DNA of 64,000 nt from an uncultured Gemmatimonadota bacterium. Its GTDB lineage: Bacteria; Gemmatimonadota; Gemmatimonadetes; Palauibacterales; Palauibacteraceae. Numbering within the stretch: the first letter of the stretch is position 1; the number at the start of each line of letters is the position of its first letter. The notes under the pieces were generated by a model. The model did no database searches. It worked only from the letters and a program-made list of their open reading frames with translations, and was not told where the DNA came from. Positions 57,081 through 64,000 of this stretch are shown here, piece after piece. The translations under genes and the position numbers were made by a program. Where the stretch lies: positions 33,807-97,806 of the forward strand of contig CAZEBA010000006.1 in the NCBI GenBank assembly GCA_964510615.1, written 5' to 3'.

Positions 57081-58412
57081 ATGTCGTTTCTGACGCATAG
57101 CGAGGCCGATCGGCGACAGATGCTCGAGGCGATTGGCGCCTCCGACGTCCGCGAGCTGTACGCGGACATCCCGGATGCCCTGATCCTCACCGAGCCGCTG
57201 CACCTGCCGGACGGCTTGTCCGAGTGGGAGGCGACGCGCCTCGTGTCGGACCTCGCGGCGCGCAACGCCGGGCTCACGTGCTTTGCCGGAGCCGGCATCT
57301 ACGACCACCACGTACCGGCGGCCGCCGATCACATCCTGCGCCGCAGCGAGTTCTACACAGCCTACACCCCCTACCAGCCCGAAGTGAGCCAGGGGACGCT
57401 GCAGTCGATCTACGAGTTCCAGACGATGGTCTGCGAGCTGACGGGCCTCGATGTGGCGAACGCCTCGATCTACGACGGGGCGACGGCGACGGCCGAGGCG
57501 GTGCTGATGGCGCTTGCCGTGACCCGCCGGAAGGAGATCGTGCTGGCAGGTTTCCTTCACCCTCACTATCGGCAGGTGGTGAAGACCTATACCCAGGGGC
57601 TCGATGTCGAGGTGGCGGTCCGGCCTGCGGGCGACGGGGGCACGATTCGGCCCGCCGATCTGGAGGTGAGCGAGCGGACGGCGTGCGTGGTGATCCAGGA
57701 TCCGAACTTTCTTGGCTTGATCGAGGACCTGGAGCCGATCGCCGAGGCGGTGCACGCTGTCGGCGCGCTCCTCGTCTGCTCGGTGGCCGATCCGGTGTCG
57801 CTGGCCGTGCTGCGCTCGCCGGGAGAGCAGGGGGCCGACGTCGTCGCCGGCGAGGGGCAGCCGTTCGGCAACACGCCGAACTTCGGCGGGCCGGTGGTTG
57901 GCCTGTTCGCGGCCCGCGAGAAGTTCATCCGGAAGATGCCGGGCCGGATCGTGGGGGCCACCGAGGATGCCGAGGGAAGGCGGGGGTATGTCCTCACCCT
58001 GCAAACGCGGGAGCAGCAGATCCGTAGGGAGAAGGCCACCAGCAACATCTGCACGAACCAGGGCCTGAACGCGCTGGCGGCGACGCTCCACCTGGCGATG
58101 ATCGGCCGCGTCGGTCTGGAACGGGTGGCGCTCGCGTCGGTGCAGAATGCCCATTACGCCGCCGACCGCATCCGGCAGCTGGACGGCTTCGAGCTGCTCT
58201 ATCCGCGCACCCCGTTCGTGCGGGAGTTCGCCGTGCGGACGCCGGAGGACCCACGCGCGATCCTGAGCCGGGGTCTCGAGCGGGGCGTCCTGGCCGGGGT
58301 CCGGCTCGGGCGGTTTCCCGATCTGGATGTACCGGACGGCCTCCTGCTGGCGTTCACCGAAAAGCGATCCCGAGCGGAGATCGATTCGCTCGTCGACATT
58401 CTGGCAGGGTAG
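57081..58412 (+). CDS. gcvPA: Glycine decarboxylase P subunit 1
   Basis: YTAYTPYQPEVSQG, REQQIRREKATSNICTN. Confidence 0.96.
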   Translation: MSFLTHSEADRRQMLEAIGASDVRELYADIPDALILTEPLHLPDGLSEWEATRLVSDLAARNAGLTCFAGAGIYDHHVPAAADHILRRSEFYTAYTPYQPEVSQGTLQSIYEFQTMVCELTGLDVANASIYDGATATAEAVLMALAVTRRKEIVLAGFLHPHYRQVVKTYTQGLDVEVAVRPAGDGGTIRPADLEVSERTACVVIQDPNFLGLIEDLEPIAEAVHAVGALLVCSVADPVSLAVLRSPGEQGADVVAGEGQPFGNTPNFGGPVVGLFAAREKFIRKMPGRIVGATEDAEGRRGYVLTLQTREQQIRREKATSNICTNQGLNALAATLHLAMIGRVGLERVALASVQNAHYAADRIRQLDGFELLYPRTPFVREFAVRTPEDPRAILSRGLERGVLAGVRLGRFPDLDVPDGLLLAFTEKRSRAEIDSLVDILAG

Positions 58413-58416
58413 GGAG

Positions 58417-59106
58417 ATGGCCACACTCACCTTCCACGGACATGCATGCGTGGAGCTGGCGGCGGAGGACGGGACGAGGATCCTCATCGATCCCTTTCTG
58501 TCGGACAACCCGTTGGCGGACATCGGCCCCGATCACTTCGACCGACTCGATTATCTGCTGCTCACCCACGGACACCTCGACCACGTGGCCGATGCCTGGG
58601 AGATCCTGGCCCGCACCGGCGCCACGCTCGTGGCCACGTTCGAGATCGTGAGCTACGCGCAGGAGAAGCAGGGGGTGCGGCACGCCCATCCGCTTTCCAT
58701 CGGTGGGGGGTGGGACTTTCCCTTCGGCCGCGTGAAGCTGACGCCCGCGATCCACGGAGGGCAGGTGGCGGGAGCCGGGGCGGAGGGATACACGACGTTC
58801 CCGGCCGGCATTCTGCTCTCCGTCGACGGCCACCGCCTCTACCACGCGGGTGACACGGCGCTCACCCTGGACATGACCCTGCTGCGCGGTCAGGTGGACA
58901 CCGCGCTCCTGCCGATCGGCGACAACTTCACCATGGGGCCGGAGGACGCGGCGCGGGCGGTGGAGATGATCGAGCCGAAGGTCGTGATCCCGATCCACTA
59001 CGATACCTTCGAGCTGGTCGCGCAGGATCCGGAGCGGTTCCGCCGACTCGTGGGTGATACGGCCGACGTCGTCGTCCTGGCGCCCGGGGCGTCGTACCAG
59101 CTGTGA
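58417..59106 (+). CDS. UPF0173 metal-dependent hydrolase (MBL fold)
   Basis: GHAC, IDPF, THGHLDH, YHAGDT, PIGDNFTMG, PIHYDTF. Confidence 0.9.
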   Translation: MATLTFHGHACVELAAEDGTRILIDPFLSDNPLADIGPDHFDRLDYLLLTHGHLDHVADAWEILARTGATLVATFEIVSYAQEKQGVRHAHPLSIGGGWDFPFGRVKLTPAIHGGQVAGAGAEGYTTFPAGILLSVDGHRLYHAGDTALTLDMTLLRGQVDTALLPIGDNFTMGPEDAARAVEMIEPKVVIPIHYDTFELVAQDPERFRRLVGDTADVVVLAPGASYQL

Positions 59107-60599
59107 GCGCGACCCCGTTTCCGTTCAAGGGACCGGTGACGCCGACGATCTTCGAGCGGTCGAGGCCCGGCCGATCCGGCACCGCCGTCACGCCGCCGGA
59201 CGTTCCTACCCGGCCACTGGAAGAGCTCATTCCCGCTCGCCACCTGCGCACCTCGCCCCCGCGGCTGCCGGAGGTTCCGGAGCACGAGGCGGTCCGCCAC
59301 TACACGGAGATCTCGCTGAAGAACCACCACGTGGACCGTGCGCTCTATCCGCTCGGCTCGTGCACCATGAAGTACAACCCGAAGGTGAACGAGCAGATGG
59401 CACGGCTGGAGGGCTTCGCCGGTCTTCACCCGTTCACTCCCATCGAAGCGGTCCAGGGGGCACTGGCCCTCATGCACGAGCTCGGCGACCTCCTGCGGGA
59501 GATCGCCGGCATGGACGCGGTCAGCCTTCAACCGGCGGCCGGCGCACAGGGAGAGCTGACCGGCGTTCTCCTGATGCGCGCCTACCACCGGGAGAGGGGT
59601 GAGGAGGGCCGCCGCCGGGTGCTGATTCCCGATTCGGCCCACGGCACCAACCCGGCCACCGTGGCCCTGGCCGGCTTCGAGGTCGTGGAGCTGCGGTCCA
59701 ACGAGGCCGGCCGGCTATCGGTGCGTGCCCTCCGGGACGCGCTCGACGAGCGGGTGGCCGGCCTGATGCTGACAAACCCCAACACGCTGGGAGTCTTCGA
59801 GTCGGCGATCCTCGAGATCAGCGAGCTCGTCCACGAGGCGGGGGGGCTGATGTACATGGATGGAGCCAACCTGAACGCGCTAACGGGCGTGGCCCGTCCC
59901 GGCGACATGGGGTACGACATCGTCCACTTCAACCTGCACAAGACGTTCAGCACCCCTCACGGCGGTGGCGGGCCCGGCGCCGGACCGGTGGCCGTGAAGG
60001 AGCATCTCGAGCCGTTCCTACCCATGCCCACGGTGGCGACGGAGGGCGACGGCTTCGTGCTCGATTGGGACCGCCCGCGCTCGATCGGTAGGGTGCACGG
60101 CTTCTACGGCAACTTCGGCGTTCTCGTGCGCGCCTTCACCTACATCCGCATGCTCGGAGGAGCGGGCGTGCGGGCGATGGCGGAAGCGGCGGTCCTGAAC
60201 AACGCGTATCTGAGCGCGAGGCTCGTGGACCGGTTCCCGCTGCCCTACGGACGCGGGATGCACGAGTCGGTGTTCAGCGGCGCGGAGCTCAAGAAGCGCA
60301 CGGGCGTGAAGACGCTCGATGTGGCGAAGCGTCTGCTCGACTATGGGTTCCACGCCCCGACGGTCTATTTTCCGCTGATCGTTCCGGAGGCGCTGATGAC
60401 GGAGCCGACGGAGACGGAGACGAGGGAGGAGCTGGACCGGTACGTCGAAGCCTTGCGCGCGATCGCGGACGAGGCGGAGACCGATCCCGAGCTGGTGGTC
60501 AACGCGCCTCATCAGACGCCCGTCCGGCGACTCGACGAGGGAAGGGCCGGCCGCGAGCTGGACGTGCGTTGGAGCTTCCCGGAGGACCTGCCCGGGTAG
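59103..60599 (+). CDS. gcvPB: Glycine decarboxylase P subunit 2
   Basis: LGSCTMKYNP, SAHGTNPA, NLHKTFSTPHGGGGPG, EPTETE. Confidence 0.97.
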   Translation: MSATPFPFKGPVTPTIFERSRPGRSGTAVTPPDVPTRPLEELIPARHLRTSPPRLPEVPEHEAVRHYTEISLKNHHVDRALYPLGSCTMKYNPKVNEQMARLEGFAGLHPFTPIEAVQGALALMHELGDLLREIAGMDAVSLQPAAGAQGELTGVLLMRAYHRERGEEGRRRVLIPDSAHGTNPATVALAGFEVVELRSNEAGRLSVRALRDALDERVAGLMLTNPNTLGVFESAILEISELVHEAGGLMYMDGANLNALTGVARPGDMGYDIVHFNLHKTFSTPHGGGGPGAGPVAVKEHLEPFLPMPTVATEGDGFVLDWDRPRSIGRVHGFYGNFGVLVRAFTYIRMLGGAGVRAMAEAAVLNNAYLSARLVDRFPLPYGRGMHESVFSGAELKKRTGVKTLDVAKRLLDYGFHAPTVYFPLIVPEALMTEPTETETREELDRYVEALRAIADEAETDPELVVNAPHQTPVRRLDEGRAGRELDVRWSFPEDLPG

Positions 60600-60627
60600 C
60601 CGCGCAGGTCGTCTCCGACCGCGAGAT

Positions 60628-61461
60628 ATGTCCCACGGCAGCCCGCGCTTCATCAGATACCTGGCCGACGCGCCGTCCTGCGGAGCCTGGAACATGGCGC
60701 TGGATGAAGCGTTGATGGCCGGCGCCCGAAACGGGCTGGTCACCCTCCGCTTTTACGGCTGGAGCCCCCCCTGCCTCTCGTTCGGCCGAAACCAGCAGGC
60801 TCGCGGCCGCTACGATCCTGACAGGGCACGGCGCCAGGGTATCGATATCGTTCGCCGCCCGACCGGGGGCCGCGCCGTTCTCCACCGTCGCGAGATCACC
60901 TACAGCGTGACCGCTCCAGCGGAGCTGTGGGGCGGCCTGAGGCGCTCGTACCGGCGGGTGAACCGGGGTCTGGCGCGGGGCCTGGCCGCGCTGGGCGTGC
61001 CCCTCGACCGGACCGAGGAGGGCGCCGACAGCCCCGGGCCCGAACGGCCCTCGCCGCCGCCCGCGGCCCGTGCCTGTTTCCGCGACCCCCTTCCGGGAGA
61101 GCTGACGAGCGGTGGACGCAAGCTGGTCGGCAGCGCGCAGTGGCGGGCGGACAGGGCGCTCCTCCAGCACGGCTCCATCCTCCTCCACGACGATCAGTCC
61201 CTGGTCGAGGATCTCCGGCTGACCGAGGGGATCGGCGCCCGCGCCGACGACGGCGGGAGTACCGACACCGGCGCGACCTCGATCCACCAGCTGCTGGGTC
61301 GCCTGCCGCCGTTGGAAGAAGCGCTGGCGAGGCTGGCCGCCGGTCTGGCGGAAGAGTTCGAGGCCCGGCTCGAGGTCAGCTGCCCGCAGCGGGCCGAGCT
61401 GCGTGCCGCCCGAGCGCTCGAGTCCATCTACCGGAGTCCGGACTGGACCTGGCGTCGGTAA
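60628..61461 (+). CDS. Lipoate-protein ligase / LipM-like octanoyltransferase
   Basis: NMALDE, RRPTGGRAVLH, KLVGSAQ, LQHGS. Confidence 0.9.
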   Translation: MSHGSPRFIRYLADAPSCGAWNMALDEALMAGARNGLVTLRFYGWSPPCLSFGRNQQARGRYDPDRARRQGIDIVRRPTGGRAVLHRREITYSVTAPAELWGGLRRSYRRVNRGLARGLAALGVPLDRTEEGADSPGPERPSPPPAARACFRDPLPGELTSGGRKLVGSAQWRADRALLQHGSILLHDDQSLVEDLRLTEGIGARADDGGSTDTGATSIHQLLGRLPPLEEALARLAAGLAEEFEARLEVSCPQRAELRAARALESIYRSPDWTWRR

Positions 61462-61477
61462 GCGGTACTTTGGCCTC

Positions 61478-63178
61478 GTGCGGAAAGGCCGGAGTGCTGA
61501 CCGGAGCGTCTCCCCGGCGCGTGGCGCCCTCGTGTCCGATCGTCGGGCTCGCAGAGGGGGGGCGCTGGCCGGCCTGTCGCTTCTCTCGGCGCTGGTGGTG
61601 GGTTGCGGGGGAGACGGCCGCCGAACCGTGGAAAGGGACCGACGGGGCGAGGGAGAGCGGGAAGGGCGGCTCGTCCTCGGATACTCCGCAGAGCTCCAGA
61701 CACTGAACCCCCTCGTCAGCACCGACCAGAACGCGAACGACCTCATCTATCACCTGCTGTACACGCCGCTGATCTCCTACGACTCGACGTACCGGGCCCG
61801 TCCCTGGCTGGCCGAGAGTTGGAGGCTCGCTGGCGACACCATCACCTTCACCCTCCGCGAGGACGTGCGCTGGCAAGATGGGAGGCCGGTTACCGCCGAA
61901 GACGTGAAGTTCACGTTCGACATGGCGAAGGACGAGCGTTCGGGATCCCCGCTCGGAGCCGTCTACCTCGCCGACGTGACGGCCGCCGAGGTGCTCGATG
62001 CCCGGCGAATCCGGTTTACGCTGGCCGGCGCCGGGTCGCAGCCGCTCGAGAGCTTCTACTGGCCTCCCGTTCCCCGGCACCTGTTGGAGGGGGTGGCGCC
62101 GGAGGAGATCGGCCGCCACCCGTTCGGGCGGGCGCCGGTGGGCAGCGGGCCGTATCGCCTCGTGCGCTGGCAGGCGGGGGAGCAGCTGATTCTGGAGGCG
62201 AACGAGAGCTTTGCGCCTTCGCTGGGAGGCCCGCCGTCGATCGAAACAGTGGTGTACCGGATCGTGCCGGAGCGGACCACCCTGCTGGCCGAGTTCATTC
62301 GCGGCGAGGTGGACGTGTACGGGACGATCGGGCCGGCCGAGATGGATCGGGTGGAGTCGGTGGCGGGCGTACGGGTGATCGCCTTTCCCTGGAGGATGTT
62401 CACCTACATCGGCTGGAACACCCGGCGCGAGCCGTTTCAGCGTGCGGAGCTCCGCCGGGCGCTGGCTCTGGCCATCGATCGCCCGGAGCTGTTGGAGGCG
62501 GTGCTCGGGGGCCGAGGGACGACGGCGGCCGGCCCTATCCCGCCCTGGCACCCGCTGGCGCCCGGGGTGGAACCGCTCCCGTACGCGCCGGACTCCGCGG
62601 CCGCGATGTTGGAGCGGTTGGGGTGGCACGACGTGGATGGGGACGGGATTCGCGAGCGGGCGGGCCGGCCGCTCGCGTTCGACCTGCTTACCGTGGGTAC
62701 GAGCCCGGTGCTCGCCGACTTGGCCCAGATCATCCAGGCCGACCTCTCCCGGGTCGGAGTTCTCGTTCGCCCGCAGCTTCTCGAGTGGCAGACGGTGCTG
62801 GGGCGACACAGGGCGCGCGACTTTGACGCCGTCCTCACGAACTGGGTGCTCGACAACTTCCGGGTCGATCCGAGGCCGCTGTTCCACAGCGTACAGGCGG
62901 CGCGCGAGGGAAGTGCGAACCGCAGCTCCTACTCGGACCCGGTGGCGGACAGCCTGATGGACCTCGGCGTCACCCTGACGGATGAGGAGGAGGCACGGCG
63001 GGTGTGGGCCGAGTTCACGCGGGTCCTCCAACGCGACCAGCCGGTGACCTTCCTGTTCTGGAACGAGGACCTGGCTGGCGTCGAGGAGGAACTGATCGAG
63101 GTGCGCATGGACGCGCGAGGCGAGCTCGTCACCCTGCCGCGGTGGCGCTGGGAGCCACGGGCGGCGGCGGAGCCGTGA
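61478..63178 (+). CDS. ABC transporter peptide-binding lipoprotein (family 5)
   Basis: Lipobox LVVGC, LREDVRWQDG, VTAEDVKFT, GSGPY; start uncertain. Confidence 0.88.
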   Translation: MRKGRSADRSVSPARGALVSDRRARRGGALAGLSLLSALVVGCGGDGRRTVERDRRGEGEREGRLVLGYSAELQTLNPLVSTDQNANDLIYHLLYTPLISYDSTYRARPWLAESWRLAGDTITFTLREDVRWQDGRPVTAEDVKFTFDMAKDERSGSPLGAVYLADVTAAEVLDARRIRFTLAGAGSQPLESFYWPPVPRHLLEGVAPEEIGRHPFGRAPVGSGPYRLVRWQAGEQLILEANESFAPSLGGPPSIETVVYRIVPERTTLLAEFIRGEVDVYGTIGPAEMDRVESVAGVRVIAFPWRMFTYIGWNTRREPFQRAELRRALALAIDRPELLEAVLGGRGTTAAGPIPPWHPLAPGVEPLPYAPDSAAAMLERLGWHDVDGDGIRERAGRPLAFDLLTVGTSPVLADLAQIIQADLSRVGVLVRPQLLEWQTVLGRHRARDFDAVLTNWVLDNFRVDPRPLFHSVQAAREGSANRSSYSDPVADSLMDLGVTLTDEEEARRVWAEFTRVLQRDQPVTFLFWNEDLAGVEEELIEVRMDARGELVTLPRWRWEPRAAAEP

Positions 63179-64000
63179 AAACGCAGTGGGGGGTGGTGGC
63201 GGCCGCCGTCCTGGTGGCCCTCACGACCGCGGCCTGCGGGGGAGAGCCCGTCGGTGACGAGAGGATCGATCCGGGCCGGGTGCCGGAAGCGGAGCGGTAC
63301 GGCGGGACGGCGGTGGTCGGCGGAATGGGGGAGATCCAGACGATGAACGCCTTCGTCTCCCGCGACTACATGACCGACCAGTTCCAGGCGTACGTGCTGT
63401 TCACCACGCTGCTCCGCTACGACCGAGAGCTGCGGCCCCAGCCGTATCTGGCGCGCTCTTGGCAGGTGAGCCCGGACAGCAACGAGGTAAGCTTCGAGCT
63501 GCGCAGCGATGTGAAGTGGCACGATGGCGAGCCTACGACGGCGTACGATGTCGCGTTCACCTTCGACCGGCTGAAGGACCCGGCCGTGCCGTATCCGAAC
63601 CGATCCTCGTTCGACGCCTGGGAGACCGCCGAAGTGCTGGGGCCACACACCATCCGCTTTACCCTGCGGCCGCACGCCGACTTTCTCCACGGCTGGACCG
63701 CGCTACCGATCATGCCGAGGCACATCCTGGCGGAGACGCCCGCCGGGGAGCTGGCCGCGCATCCGTTCGGGACCTCCCAGCCGGTAGGAAACGGGCCGTT
63801 CCGGTTTGTGGAGCACCTGCCGGGCGACCGCTGGATCTTCGAGGCCAATCCCGACTTTCCGGCCGCGCTCGGCGGCCGCCCGTACCTCGACCGCCTCGTC
63901 TACCGGGTGGTCCCCGACGAGACGACCCTGTTCGCGGAGCTGAGAAGCGGCGGAGTGGAGATGTACGTGCGCGTGGCCCCGGCGTTCGTCGATCGGATCG
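63175..64000 (+). CDS. Second ABC peptide-binding lipoprotein (truncated by window end)
   Basis: GTGA overlap; MKTQWG...LTTAAC lipobox, LRSDVKWHDG, TTAYDVAFT, GNGPF. Confidence 0.85.
   Translation, partial: MKTQWGVVAAAVLVALTTAACGGEPVGDERIDPGRVPEAERYGGTAVVGGMGEIQTMNAFVSRDYMTDQFQAYVLFTTLLRYDRELRPQPYLARSWQVSPDSNEVSFELRSDVKWHDGEPTTAYDVAFTFDRLKDPAVPYPNRSSFDAWETAEVLGPHTIRFTLRPHADFLHGWTALPIMPRHILAETPAGELAAHPFGTSQPVGNGPFRFVEHLPGDRWIFEANPDFPAALGGRPYLDRLVYRVVPDETTLFAELRSGGVEMYVRVAPAFVDRI

Overview
High-GC bacterial chromosome segment spanning the replication origin. Gene content and order suggest a diderm of the Gemmatimonadota/FCB type (inference). Core origin cluster: parA-parB with two parS sites, mnmG, mnmE-yidC-yidD-rnpA-rpmH, divergent dnaA-oriC-dnaN. 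The oriC carries a clear DnaA-trio unwinding element but no canonical TTATCCACA box. The flanks hold a compact candidate ceramide/sphingolipid operon (spt, bCerS-like GNAT, CerR-like reductase, Aur1-like PAP2), a 2-oxoacid dehydrogenase E1a/E1b/E2 operon, glycine cleavage genes, queE, mutY, dapF, an AbrB/VapC toxin-antitoxin pair and several envelope proteins. Most notable: (1) the sphingolipid operon with a putative head-group transferase; (2) a recurring intergenic GTAAAG-N7-GTAAAR motif over the TA promoter, upstream of the dehydrogenase promoter and between convergent genes near oriC; (3) parAB directly coupled to an M23 peptidase-bactofilin pair; (4) enzymes with substituted catalytic residues (Fpg-like without Pro2, Tat-exported M24 lacking metal ligands). 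I recognised no rRNA, tRNA, CRISPR array or transposase. All calls come from reading motifs by eye; no searches were run.
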